Assembly (NCBI GenBank): GCA_903843285.1
Contig: CAIMPC010000068.1
Coordinates: forward strand, 1,200 to 65,199
DNA from: Candidatus Omnitrophota bacterium
GTDB lineage: Bacteria > Omnitrophota > Gorgyraeia > 2-01-FULL-45-10
DNA length: 64,000 nucleotides
Direction: 5' to 3'
In this document: positions 18,305-27,836 of the stretch, piece by piece
How the letters are laid out: the number at the start of each line of letters is the position of its first letter
Numbering within the stretch: position 1 is the stretch's first letter
Notes under the pieces: model-generated
What the model was told of the DNA's origin: nothing
The model's input: only the letters and a program-made list of their open reading frames with translations
The model's database searches: none
Program-made: the position numbers and the translations under genes

Positions 18305-19306
18305 ATGAAGATAAAAGAATTGGCTATGCTCATACACGGTGTCGTCGAGGGTGATGGTGATGCGGATGTTACGGGCTTAAGCGGCATAGAGACGTCGAAT
18401 GCCGGAGACCTGATATTCGCTACCGACGATGAGAAGCTCGGTTTTGCGGAGAAGTCCGGGGCGTCATGTGTACTTACATCGAAGTCTACCAGAGCCGCGA
18501 TGAAGCCGCTCGTGAGAGTGGATAATCCGAAGCTGGCATTTCTATTATTATATAATTTTATGAATAAGCCGGCAGGGAGAGAGGCTTTTACGGATCCATC
18601 CGCGACCATATCGGTTTCAGCGAAGGTAGGTAATAATGTCTGGATAGATGCCGGTGTGCGAATAGGTGGTAATGTCAGTATCGGGGACAATACCATTATA
18701 GAGGCCAACGCCGTAATAAAGAAGAATTGCTCGATAGGGTCATTTTGCCACATCCATCCGAATGTGACGCTTTACGATAACGTCGTGCTTAAAGATAGGG
18801 TTGTTTTGCATAGCGGTGTCGTTCTGGGCGCCGATGGATTCGGATATGTGAGAGAAAAAGATAAAATCTATAAGTTTCCTCAGCTGGGCAGGGTGATAAT
18901 AGAGAATGATGTCGAGATCGGGGCCAATTCCACAATAGATAGGGGGTCTCTGGGCGATACTGTTGTGGGGGCCGGCGCCAAGATTGACAACTTATGCCAG
19001 ATAGCCCATAACATAAAGATAGGAAAGAACTTTATTATGGCTGCGCAGTCCGGAATATCGGGAAGTGTTACCATAAAAGATAATGTCACCATGGGCGGAC
19101 AGGTCGGTATCAGGGATAATGTAACGATCGGGAATAATGCCATGATAGGCGCGCAGAGCGGTGTCCTGGGCGATCTGGCAGACGGCTCGGTCGTCTGGGG
19201 GACTCCGTCCAAGTCCCTTATACAAACTAAGAGGGAAGTTATCGTTCTCGGATGGCTTACCGATAATTTTATTCGGATAAAGAAACTGCTTAAGGGAAAA
19301 ATATAG
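18305..19306 (+). CDS. lpxD: UDP-3-O-(3-hydroxyacyl)glucosamine N-acyltransferase
   Basis: Hexapeptide repeats, [22 protein letters not shown]. Confidence 0.95.
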   Translation: MKIKELAMLIHGVVEGDGDADVTGLSGIETSNAGDLIFATDDEKLGFAEKSGASCVLTSKSTRAAMKPLVRVDNPKLAFLLLYNFMNKPAGREAFTDPSATISVSAKVGNNVWIDAGVRIGGNVSIGDNTIIEANAVIKKNCSIGSFCHIHPNVTLYDNVVLKDRVVLHSGVVLGADGFGYVREKDKIYKFPQLGRVIIENDVEIGANSTIDRGSLGDTVVGAGAKIDNLCQIAHNIKIGKNFIMAAQSGISGSVTIKDNVTMGGQVGIRDNVTIGNNAMIGAQSGVLGDLADGSVVWGTPSKSLIQTKREVIVLGWLTDNFIRIKKLLKGKI

Positions 19307-19331
19307 CGCTATACATGGGATACGGAGAAAT

Positions 19332-19365
19332 AAAAAAGGATAACGTGTGAACGCTATCCTTTTTT
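19332..19365. terminator. Bidirectional intrinsic terminator
   Basis: AAAAAAGGATAaCGT-gtga-ACGcTATCCTTTTTT between convergent genes. Confidence 0.8.
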
Positions 19366-19383
19366 ATAGTTTTGAAGCTATAG

Positions 19384-19656
19384 TTACTTAGAGCAACTTC
19401 CAGCTACTTTTTCCGTAGTATCAGAGACGGCCTGAACGACATCGCCGGTTGCTCCGGTTACGTCTTTGGTAGCTTTTGCGGCAGTATCAGAAACGGTGCC
19501 TACAACATCACCGGCCGCTGTCCCGACCTTCTTCGTAGTATCTGCAGTGGCAGAAACCACAGTGCTTACAGGGTTATTCTTATCCTGATCGGCAGCGATG
19601 GCGCACATGGTCACACCGATCATAAGCACCACAACTAAACTCATTAAACGCTTCAT
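19384..19656 (-). CDS. Small secreted protein with Ala/Thr/Val-rich 22-aa repeats
   Basis: Signal peptide, GGGGTGAG RBS, GDVVxxVSDT repeated 22 aa apart. Confidence 0.75.
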   Translation of the reverse strand: MKRLMSLVVVLMIGVTMCAIAADQDKNNPVSTVVSATADTTKKVGTAAGDVVGTVSDTAAKATKDVTGATGDVVQAVSDTTEKVAGSCSK

Positions 19657-19759
19657 TCTATCTCACCCCCTTAAAATCATTATATTTATTATACGTATTT
19701 TGCAGCGATAATCAATAAATAAGTGAAGTTCACCCCCAATGGTGATATATTGAAAGAAC

Positions 19760-19834
19760 GCGCCTGTGGCCTAACGGATAAGGCAATGGCCTCCGAAGCC
19801 ATGTATGGCAGTTCGATTCTGCCCAGGCGCGCCA
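19760..19834 (+). tRNA. tRNA-Arg(CCG)
   Basis: Acceptor stem GCGCCTG/CAGGCGC, anticodon arm ATGGC-CTCCGAA-GCCAT, T-loop TTCGATT, encoded CCA. Confidence 0.93.
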
Positions 19835-19969
19835 GTTTCGTCTCTCAGTCAGGCGTTTACTTTTGGGTGGTGCCTTCGCTTGTCGTTCGAACAGATTAGA
19901 CTAACCTGGTTAGACTTGATATTTCAGAACGTTTGTAATACAATATCGGAAAAGAGGAGATCCCATGTT

Positions 19970-20407
19970 ATGAAAAAAATGTTTCTATCCCTATTAATAC
20001 TTACTGCGGCAGTATCCTTAGCATTTGCCGATGCCGGAGAAGATAAACAACCTGAAGCTCAGACACAGCCCCAGGCCCAGCAGAAGATTCCTGCTCCAGC
20101 GCCGGTTGTCGAGAAGATAATAGTTAAGGAAGTGACGCTCAATACCGGAGCGACAGGCTTTGTTAACGGCAAGGTCGCCAGCGTGACGCCTGCGGATATG
20201 CTGACCAGGCCTAAGTCGAGGATAGTTATCGTCGATGGCGCCGGTAATTCAAACGAATTTATTGTGAAGACGCTCGCAGTCGTGTATGATTCGGCCGGTA
20301 AATTTCTGACTCTGAACGATGTAAAGAAGGACCAGGAAGTCCAAGTCAATTATACGGTCAAGAGCGATAAGTCGAAAGAAGCGGCGGCGATAAAGATACT
20401 GAAATAG
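19970..20407 (+). CDS. Secreted hypothetical protein (small beta-barrel/OB-like)
   Basis: MKKMFLSLLIL signal peptide after a GAGGAG RBS; the longer ORF start overlaps the tRNA. Confidence 0.7.
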   Translation: MKKMFLSLLILTAAVSLAFADAGEDKQPEAQTQPQAQQKIPAPAPVVEKIIVKEVTLNTGATGFVNGKVASVTPADMLTRPKSRIVIVDGAGNSNEFIVKTLAVVYDSAGKFLTLNDVKKDQEVQVNYTVKSDKSKEAAAIKILK

Positions 20408-20439
20408 AATTTTTTTCAGTCCAGCCGGGACCATATCAG

Positions 20440-21249
20440 ATGCCGATAAAAAAGATCGTGTTGGTTCTTGCCATTGCGGTGTTTCTTCCGACAGTCCCCG
20501 CGATATTTCTTTTACACAGCTCACGCAGTACGCCCATCGTCAGAGTCATTAAAGAATGCAGTTCCTCCGTCGTCAATATAAGCACGGAGAGGATCGTCTC
20601 TCTCGAGGGCCATCCCTATTGGAGCCAATACGGGGGAAGCTTTGATAAATTCTTTGTCCCATATCAGAGCGTTCTCTTCGGCGCCATGAAACTTAACGGT
20701 GTTGGCTCAGGTGTCATATTAGCGAAAGACGGCCTGATCGTGACCAATGCGCATGTTGTGAATATGGCAAGCCGTGTCTACGTAATATTATCCGACGGTA
20801 AAGTTTGCGAGGCTTCGCTCGAGGCCATTAATCCGAGGCTGGACCTGGCAATAATAAAAATTAACCCTCCCGAAAAACTTAAGAGCGTCCGCCTGGCAAG
20901 GAATGTCATCATAGGCGAGACGGTCATCTCTATCGGTAATCCTTTCGGTTTACAGAATTCCGTTTCAGCGGGAATCATCAGTGGAATTAATCGCAGTTTT
21001 TCGGCGCCCGGCGCCCAAAACACCATCACTAACCTTATCCAGACGGATGCCTCGATAAATCAGGGTTCGTCGGGGGGAGCGTTATTAAATCTGGACGGAG
21101 AATTGGCAGGGATAAGCTTCGCCGTGGTCCAGAATGCCCAAAACATAGGCTTTGCTATACCTGTTGAAAAAGTGAATATAATCCTAAAAGATCTCAGAGA
21201 TGCCAGGGCGAGGGGGCCCATAAATCCAAATGAAACTGTTTTTTCTTGA
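20440..21249 (+). CDS. HtrA/DegP-like S1C serine protease without a PDZ domain
   Basis: GSGVI, TNAHVV, DLAII, IGNPFGL, QTDASINQGSSGG. Confidence 0.88.
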   Translation: MPIKKIVLVLAIAVFLPTVPAIFLLHSSRSTPIVRVIKECSSSVVNISTERIVSLEGHPYWSQYGGSFDKFFVPYQSVLFGAMKLNGVGSGVILAKDGLIVTNAHVVNMASRVYVILSDGKVCEASLEAINPRLDLAIIKINPPEKLKSVRLARNVIIGETVISIGNPFGLQNSVSAGIISGINRSFSAPGAQNTITNLIQTDASINQGSSGGALLNLDGELAGISFAVVQNAQNIGFAIPVEKVNIILKDLRDARARGPINPNETVFS

Positions 21250-21332
21250 ATAACGAATGATTTACGCTTATACTACCATAAGAATTTACGTGGTACGACA
21301 GATAATGACATTAATAACGAAAGAGGGACGAT

Positions 21333-22307
21333 ATGAGACTAAATAAGATCAGCCTTTGGGTTCTGTCTGTTATGGTTCTCGTAGCCTTAATGATAAGCTC
21401 GGCCATGGCCGTGGAACAGCTCTCCCGTCAGGAGAGTCGAGCCAAGGATGTGCAGAAACTACAGGAGAAGTTTATCTGGTGGGGAACCAGCGGCGCCCAG
21501 CCTGCGCCCGTAAGAGATGCCGAGCGGGGCGGATACTGGTGGATGCCGAAAAAGCCCGCGGCCACTTCACCTAAGATATGGGGCAATGGCGGATACATTT
21601 ATGTCTATAAGATAATTTTCGATTACAAGGAAGAGGAACTGCCGGCTCCGAAGCCGAAAGAGATGAGGCCGTCCCTGCTCGTTAAAAAGATAATAAAGAA
21701 CGTGAAAATTTATTTCGATTATGACAAGTCCGACATAAGAGATGATGCATCAAAGATACTGGCCAATGCGGCCGATCTCTTAAAGCGTAATAAAGAAGCG
21801 AGCATATTAATAAGCGGTAATTGCGATGCCCGGGGGAGCGAAAAGTATAACGATAAGCTGGGTAAGAACAGGGGGCTTGCCGTTAAAAAGTCTATGCTCG
21901 ACCAGGGTGTGACGGACGAGCGCATTAAGATCATCAGCCGCGGCAAGCTCGATGCCATAGCGCCGGTAACAGATCTGGAAGGCATGCAGAAGGACCGTAA
22001 CGCGCAATTTATGGTGGCCGAGGTCGAAGAGGTTATGATACCGTATCCTGAAGTGGTGCAGGAGTCGGGCGCTAAAGCCGTCGAAGAGGGCAAGTATATG
22101 GTCGAGAAGGAAGAGACCATAGAGTCAGAGACTAAGGTCTCGACCAAAGAGTATGTTACAAAGAAGGGCGATACCCTCTGGAAGATAGCCGAGGAAGTAT
22201 ATGGCAATGGCCGTAAGTGGAAGAACATATACAGATTCAATAAGGATAAGATTAAGGATCCGAACCGTCTTAAGGCAGGAGTAACGCTTACGATACCTAT
22301 TGAATAG
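21333..22307 (+). CDS. OmpA/Pal-like peptidoglycan-binding protein with a C-terminal LysM domain
   Basis: IYFDYDKSDI, GNCDARGSEKYN; LysM KKGDTLWKIA...IY..N. Confidence 0.88.
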   Translation: MRLNKISLWVLSVMVLVALMISSAMAVEQLSRQESRAKDVQKLQEKFIWWGTSGAQPAPVRDAERGGYWWMPKKPAATSPKIWGNGGYIYVYKIIFDYKEEELPAPKPKEMRPSLLVKKIIKNVKIYFDYDKSDIRDDASKILANAADLLKRNKEASILISGNCDARGSEKYNDKLGKNRGLAVKKSMLDQGVTDERIKIISRGKLDAIAPVTDLEGMQKDRNAQFMVAEVEEVMIPYPEVVQESGAKAVEEGKYMVEKEETIESETKVSTKEYVTKKGDTLWKIAEEVYGNGRKWKNIYRFNKDKIKDPNRLKAGVTLTIPIE

Positions 22308-22310
22308 CCG

Positions 22311-22679
22311 ATGAGTAAGATAGCGTTTTGGGTAATAATTATGACCTTGGTATCATTTTCGGGCGCATATGCCGAGGGGCTCGATACGCTCATTAAGGTC
22401 GGTAGATCGATGGCCGACATAAGCTCTGCTTACGACGGAGAGACAAAGTCATTTAACCGCGTGAAGTCGGCTGTGGATGATGGCGATATTAAAAAGGGCA
22501 TGGCCAAAGAGGATATCAGGCGCAGGTATGGGGATCCGGTAATAGCTAATAACGACTCCGTCACCAATAGTGAAAAGTGGGTGTACAAACCGGCCGGCTC
22601 TACATTCTTTAAGGGTATTCGCATATACTTGTACTTTGACGATAAGGGCCTCCTGGATGAGATTAAGACACTATCGTAG
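22311..22679 (+). CDS. Secreted SmpA/BamE-like small protein
   Basis: Signal peptide; IKKGMAKEDI...YGDP...EKWVY. Confidence 0.55.
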   Translation: MSKIAFWVIIMTLVSFSGAYAEGLDTLIKVGRSMADISSAYDGETKSFNRVKSAVDDGDIKKGMAKEDIRRRYGDPVIANNDSVTNSEKWVYKPAGSTFFKGIRIYLYFDDKGLLDEIKTLS

Positions 22680-22685
22680 CGCCTA

Positions 22686-22714
22686 TTGACTTTTACAATC
22701 GTCGCAGATATACT
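22686..22714 (+). promoter_or_regulatory. Sigma70 promoter at the head of the polysaccharide/RiPP operon
   Basis: TTGACT-17bp-TATACT. Confidence 0.65.
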
Positions 22715-22770
22715 TCATACTCAGATATATTATAATAAATGTGCGCCGAAACTAGTTAAAACCAGGAAAA

Positions 22771-23664
22771 ATGTATACTGCCTACTGGGGATTAACAGAG
22801 AAGCCTTTCGAAAATACGCCAGACCCTAAATTCATCTACTATTCTCAGAAGCATGAAGAGGCTATGGCGCGTATGCTTTATGTGGTGCGTGAACATAAGG
22901 GCGCGGCCCTACTGACCGGCGAATACGGTTGCGGTAAGACCCTTCTAAGCCGCGTCATAAGGAAAGAGCTCCAGCAGGAAAATAAGTACCAATCCGTCTT
23001 CATACTTGATCCCCACCTGACAGTCAGAGAATTCCTTCGGGAGATAATCTATCAGCTCGGAGTGGACAAAATACCTAAGAACAAACTAGATATATCCCAT
23101 GCATTGAATAAGACCATTCTCGCAAACCATAATTCCGGAAAACATACCGTGCTTGTGGTAGACGAAGCCCAGTCTATTCATAATATCGATATATTTGAAG
23201 AAATGAGACTGCTTTTAAATTATCAACTCGATGCGGCATTTCTGCTCACGATAATACTCTTAGGCGCGCCTGAGCTAAAACAGATGGTTACGGGGATGCA
23301 GCACTTAGTGCAAAGAATGGCCGCAGGTTATCATTTAAACGGATTGAGCGAAGCCGAGACTAAGAATTATATAAATCATCGTTTGCTTATAGCAGGCGCT
23401 AAGAGACAATTATTCACAGACGACTCATACCACGAGATATATCTGCATTCCTACGGGGTTCCCAGGCGTATCAACACTATTTGTGATCTTGCCCTTCTGG
23501 TGGGGTTTAGTAATAACCAAAATGTGATCGATAGAAAGGCCATAATAGATATCAATGAGGATATGGATCTGCCGAAACCCGACATGGAAAATCTATATCA
23601 GCCGTCATCTCTAACACCCCAAGGTGCGCCCGGTCGTTATGCCGGGCAGAAGGTCCACGCATGA
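22771..23664 (+). CDS. ExeA/GspA-family AAA ATPase
   Basis: MY..YWGL.EKPF..TPDP, TGEYGCGKT, VVDEAQ, GVPRRINTICD. Confidence 0.9.
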   Translation: MYTAYWGLTEKPFENTPDPKFIYYSQKHEEAMARMLYVVREHKGAALLTGEYGCGKTLLSRVIRKELQQENKYQSVFILDPHLTVREFLREIIYQLGVDKIPKNKLDISHALNKTILANHNSGKHTVLVVDEAQSIHNIDIFEEMRLLLNYQLDAAFLLTIILLGAPELKQMVTGMQHLVQRMAAGYHLNGLSEAETKNYINHRLLIAGAKRQLFTDDSYHEIYLHSYGVPRRINTICDLALLVGFSNNQNVIDRKAIIDINEDMDLPKPDMENLYQPSSLTPQGAPGRYAGQKVHA

Positions 23665-24773
23665 TAAAGCTGTCGAATTTATTTAAGAAACATGAGCAGT
23701 CTAAAGATGTGCCGCTTCCTAAGGGTATAAAAGAGGATACGAGGCCGCCCGAAGAGATATTAGCCGCGGAGGCCGTTATAAAAAGATCAACAGACATCCG
23801 CCATCATCAGTCGAGCATTAAGCTTTCACCGGCAATGAATGTGGAACTCGAGAAGGAACGGCCAACGACCCCCAACATAAAGAATCTTTATAATGATCTT
23901 CTGGAGAAGGCGAAGGAGATATATAAATCCGGCCCCGGCACTAAAAGGAATCTGGCCGCAGAAATTCATCCGCTCGTCGAAAAAATGCTCGAGTCCCTAT
24001 CCTCCGGAAGCGATGAATTGCTTCTTATAGTTCTCAGGAATTATCCTAAACCGGAAGATATGCTCTTCTATCACGTGGTCAATATCACTATAATGTCGGT
24101 TGTTGTGGGGCTGGGGCTCGGGTACGAACGCAATCGTTTGTTTGAGCTATGTATCGCGGCTTTCGTTCATGATATAGGGTCAAGAAATCAAGATATATTG
24201 AACAAACCGGATTCTTTCAGTGAAGAAGATTTCGACAAGATAAAGACTCATCCGAACGAGGGCGCACTCACGTTGAGTAAGATAGACCCAAGTCTTAACC
24301 AGAAGATACTCGACGCCGTAAAACAGGAGCATGAGAGGGCCGACGGCTCCGGATACCCGGAAGGGCTGGTATCAGATGAGATTAACGAATACGCCGAGGT
24401 CATAGGGCTCGCTGATGTATATGAGGCGCTTATGCACAACCGCCCATACAGGACCAAATATACATCCATAGACACTATCAGGATAATACTGAAGAATAAG
24501 AAGCTGTTTACCTCTAAGGTTATAAAGGCGTTAATAGAAGCGTTCGGAATATTTCCCATTGAGACGCTTGTGCAATTAAACACTAAAGAGATAGGCGTTG
24601 TTGTAAAGCGCGACCAGGAACTGATATCCAGACCTGTCGTTGACATAATAATCGACTCATACGGCAAAGAAGTGAAACAGCCGAAACGTATAAACCTGGC
24701 GAGCAATCCGGTAATATATATAGATAATTGTGTTAAGCAGGAAGATAAGTATATTAAGACCCCGATCAAATAA
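23661..24773 (+). CDS. HD-GYP domain protein
   Basis: HDIG, KTHP, HERADGSGYPEG, ADVYEA...RPY. Confidence 0.88.
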   Translation: MIKLSNLFKKHEQSKDVPLPKGIKEDTRPPEEILAAEAVIKRSTDIRHHQSSIKLSPAMNVELEKERPTTPNIKNLYNDLLEKAKEIYKSGPGTKRNLAAEIHPLVEKMLESLSSGSDELLLIVLRNYPKPEDMLFYHVVNITIMSVVVGLGLGYERNRLFELCIAAFVHDIGSRNQDILNKPDSFSEEDFDKIKTHPNEGALTLSKIDPSLNQKILDAVKQEHERADGSGYPEGLVSDEINEYAEVIGLADVYEALMHNRPYRTKYTSIDTIRIILKNKKLFTSKVIKALIEAFGIFPIETLVQLNTKEIGVVVKRDQELISRPVVDIIIDSYGKEVKQPKRINLASNPVIYIDNCVKQEDKYIKTPIK

Positions 24774-24798
24774 ATTGGAAGTAAGGGTATAAAAAGAA

Positions 24799-25245
24799 AT
24801 GAATAAAGTAAATACGATATTATTGGCTATTATCGCGGCGGTGTTCGCCGGGTATGCCCTGTATGTGAATATCCAGCTTAAGGATACGGTAAAACGCTAT
24901 GAGACCTCCGCTACCGACATGGCGGATAAGTTTGAGAAGATTAACGAAGATGTGCTAAGGGCCAGGGAAGAGCTTGCGAAGCAGAAAATATTGGTCGAAG
25001 AGGCTAAGTCTCAGGCGGAAATCGCTAAGGCCGAAGCGGCAAAGATAGTCGAAGAAGCTAAGCAAAAGGCCGAAGAGGCGGTGGTCGCGGCAAAAGAGGC
25101 CGAGCCGGTGAAATTGACTAAAAAGGAGCAGGAAGCCCTCGATGCGAAGGCTAAGGCGGAGGAAGCCAAGGCTAAAGCGGAGGCCCTTATGGGCACGGTC
25201 AATAACGAGCCGAATGCATGGGAAGCGCGCGAGGCACATTTATAG
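24799..25245 (+). CDS. Membrane-anchored Ala/Glu/Lys-rich coiled-coil protein
   Basis: N-terminal TM helix; EEAK.KAE repeats. Confidence 0.7.
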   Translation: MNKVNTILLAIIAAVFAGYALYVNIQLKDTVKRYETSATDMADKFEKINEDVLRAREELAKQKILVEEAKSQAEIAKAEAAKIVEEAKQKAEEAVVAAKEAEPVKLTKKEQEALDAKAKAEEAKAKAEALMGTVNNEPNAWEAREAHL

Positions 25246-25251
25246 TAGCGT

Positions 25252-25323
25252 GTCATTCTGAGGGAGGCCAACGGCCGATCGTCTCCGACCCTAACGGGTC
25301 GTAGACCCTTTAGGGAAGAATCT
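25252..25323. repeat. Half copy of the GTCATT palindromic element with nested hairpins
   Basis: gtcattctgagggaggccaacggccgatc matches the reverse complement of 13151-13179 at 26/29; ends in gaagaatct. Confidence 0.75.
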
Positions 25324-25338
25324 GTTATAAGGAACAGT

Positions 25339-26250
25339 ATGAATAATAAATTAAAAATAGTAATGATATTTTCGCTAAGCGTCCTGATGCTCGGCGGGTG
25401 CAGATATAACAGCGCCGCTATGAAGGAAGGCGCCAAAAAACATTATGAAAAAGGCGTGAAATACTATGACGATGGCAAATTTAAACAGGCGGATAAGGAA
25501 TTCGATACCGCTAATAACCTGCTCGAAAGGGACAAGAAGATAAATGAGAAGCTTAATAAATCCGCTCCGGAGTCCAGGGGTGAGATAGCGTCCGAAAAGA
25601 CGAACCAGGAGACGTTGGCCAATAGGGGAAAGAGGACGCTGAAACCCCAGTATACTATAGGCGCCGAGGACGTCCTATCTGTGTTCATCTGGCAGAACCC
25701 GGATATGTCGCAGGATGTCACTGTAAGACCGGATGGTAGGATATCGTTTCCTCTTATCGAGGACATAGAGGTAGAAGGCCTGACGATCCCCCAGCTTGAT
25801 AAGGTGATAACAGAAAAGCTGCAAACATTTATAAAATATCCCGAAGTAACGATATCGATCAGGCGTCTGGGCGGTAAGAGAGTCATTGTCCTAGGAGAGG
25901 TTCAGTACCCCGGCGTATACCAGGTCACCGGCACGGAGAGCGTGCTCGAAGCTGTTGCTATGGCGCAGGGCTTCAAAGATAGTTCTCTGGCATCGAGCAT
26001 GATAGTCATAAAGGGCATGTTCTCAGGCAACCCGAGGATTATAAGGGCCAGCGCCAATATGGCATTAAGAGGAATTGGAAGCCAGAATATCAAGCTCGAC
26101 TCCGGAGATGTGGTATTCGTGCCGAAGAAACCTATATCCGATCTTAATTGGCTGGCCACGGAAATATCAGGCCCGATCCTGGCGATCACCGGTGACATTA
26201 CGGCTATTAAGACACTTACTCACGTGGCTTCTAAAACGCTGACAAAATAG
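25339..26250 (+). CDS. wza: Polysaccharide export lipoprotein (Wza / Poly_export + SLBB)
   Basis: Lipobox LGGC; YTIGAEDVL...VRPDGRISFPLI; VLGEVQYPG. Confidence 0.85.
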   Translation: MNNKLKIVMIFSLSVLMLGGCRYNSAAMKEGAKKHYEKGVKYYDDGKFKQADKEFDTANNLLERDKKINEKLNKSAPESRGEIASEKTNQETLANRGKRTLKPQYTIGAEDVLSVFIWQNPDMSQDVTVRPDGRISFPLIEDIEVEGLTIPQLDKVITEKLQTFIKYPEVTISIRRLGGKRVIVLGEVQYPGVYQVTGTESVLEAVAMAQGFKDSSLASSMIVIKGMFSGNPRIIRASANMALRGIGSQNIKLDSGDVVFVPKKPISDLNWLATEISGPILAITGDITAIKTLTHVASKTLTK

Positions 26251-26259
26251 GCACCGCCA

Positions 26260-26541
26260 ATGACTAAAGTCTATTCTAAAAGTCCCGACGTAGTATTTCG
26301 GAAGATCGCGGATGAATTTGTGCTGGTGCCGATCCGTAAGAACGCGGCCGATCTTGAGAGCATATATGCGCTGAACGAGGTGGGCGGACGCATATGGGAG
26401 CTGATAGACGGCCATCGTACAACCGTTGAGATACATAAAACAATCGCGGATGAATTTGATGTGACTCCGGACGAGGCCGAAGAGGATCTGCAGAATTTCG
26501 TTAAGAGCCTGGCAGAGACCGGCAGTATAAAAGAGAGTTGA
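26260..26541 (+). CDS. PqqD-family RiPP recognition element (RRE)
   Basis: VVFRKIADEFVLVP...LNEVGGRIWELIDG...EFDV..DEAEEDL..F. Confidence 0.92.
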   Translation: MTKVYSKSPDVVFRKIADEFVLVPIRKNAADLESIYALNEVGGRIWELIDGHRTTVEIHKTIADEFDVTPDEAEEDLQNFVKSLAETGSIKES

Positions 26542-26542
26542 G

Positions 26543-27670
26543 ATGGAGCGCGTTCACTCCGTTCCGCAGGAAACCTACACCGCATTCAGTAATTCGATTC
26601 ACTCCAAAGTGTTAGAAAAGAACATCCCGATTGATGGGACGATAGAGCTGACCCAGCGCTGCAACTTAAAATGCGTGCAATGTTATTGCTGTCATGACCC
26701 GTCTAAGCGGGAGCTAAGCTATGACGAAATATGCCGTATACTGGACGAGATCGCCGAAGCAGGATGTCTTTGGCTACTGATAACCGGCGGGGAACCTCTA
26801 TTGAGACCCGACTTTTTAGATATCTATATGTATGCAAAAAAGAAGGGTTTTCTAATCACGCTATTTACCAATGCGACATTAGTCACTCCTGAGATATTGG
26901 ATCATCTGAGTAAATATCCGCCTTTTTCTATAGAAGTCAGCGTATACGGCGCGACCAAAGAAATATATGAAAAGATTACGGGGGTCACAGGATCATTTGA
27001 ATCCTGCATGGCCGGGATAAAGCTTATTCTCGACAGAAAACTACCGTTAAAATTAAAGACAATGGCCATGGCATTAAACCACCACGAGGTATCTCAGATG
27101 AAGGAATGGTCCGAAGGCATGGGCATCGAATTCAGGTTTGATGCGATGCTTCACCCGAAGTTAACCGGATTGAAGGATCCGTGGGATGTAAGGCTTTCGC
27201 CTGAGGATGCAGTGGCGCTCGATGGTTCAGACCAGAAGAAGCTCGATGCCTGGCGTGAGGTCTGTAAGCATCCATGGGAGCCATCGCAGAATGGGAGGCT
27301 ATTTACCTGCGGCGCCGGGAAGAATTCATTTCATATCGATCCGTACGGTTATCTCAGGCCCTGCGATATGATGCGAACGTTCAGCTACGATCTGCGTAAG
27401 CACTCATTCCGTGAAGCATGGGTTGAGATGTGCAGTGCGGTTTCGGTCGAGAAAGCCCCCGGTGATTATAAGTGCAGAGGCTGTAAGATGACTTTTATCT
27501 GCAACCAGTGTCCCGGATGGGGATTTCTGGAGAACGGAGATATCTATAGCATATCAGAAAATATGTGTGATGTGGCCCAATTAAGGGCGCGGAAGTTTGG
27601 GGCGGGAAGTGGTAACACAAAGGGAGGTATGTCAAATGAAGAAGAAATCTTATCAAAAGCCCAGCGTTAA
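26543..27670 (+). CDS. Radical SAM/SPASM peptide maturase
   Basis: CNLKCVQC, TGGEPLL; SPASM CGAG...PC...CRGC...CNQCPG...C; follows the PqqD gene. Confidence 0.9.
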   Translation: MERVHSVPQETYTAFSNSIHSKVLEKNIPIDGTIELTQRCNLKCVQCYCCHDPSKRELSYDEICRILDEIAEAGCLWLLITGGEPLLRPDFLDIYMYAKKKGFLITLFTNATLVTPEILDHLSKYPPFSIEVSVYGATKEIYEKITGVTGSFESCMAGIKLILDRKLPLKLKTMAMALNHHEVSQMKEWSEGMGIEFRFDAMLHPKLTGLKDPWDVRLSPEDAVALDGSDQKKLDAWREVCKHPWEPSQNGRLFTCGAGKNSFHIDPYGYLRPCDMMRTFSYDLRKHSFREAWVEMCSAVSVEKAPGDYKCRGCKMTFICNQCPGWGFLENGDIYSISENMCDVAQLRARKFGAGSGNTKGGMSNEEEILSKAQR

Positions 27671-27794
27671 AAAGGTGCTCCTGACACCGGAGGACGCGGT
27701 ATTAGCTAATTGCAAAAGAGCTACGGGCAGTAACAAGAGTAGCGGCAGATGCAGAAGCCTTGGAACCTGCCCGAACAGGACGCGGGGCTCATAG
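27636..27794 (+). CDS. 52-aa Cys-rich RiPP precursor peptide
   Basis: GGAGG RBS; MKKKSYQKPSVKKVLLTPEDAVLA-NCKRATGSNKSSGRCRSLGTCPNRTRGS; YxxP RRE-binding leader motif; three Cys; C-terminal Ser. Confidence 0.85.
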   Translation: MKKKSYQKPSVKKVLLTPEDAVLANCKRATGSNKSSGRCRSLGTCPNRTRGS

Positions 27795-27836
27795 TAATTA
27801 TTGTGATAGCATATAGTTTGAACGCGGGATATTTTC

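Noticed and set aside
19805-19969. N-terminal extension of ORF 19805-20407
   Set aside because: Overlaps tRNA-Arg(CCG); the start with RBS and signal peptide is at 19970.
26260-27670. PQQ biosynthesis (pqqD/pqqE)
   Set aside because: No pqqB or pqqC, and the peptide lacks the ExxxY motif of PqqA.
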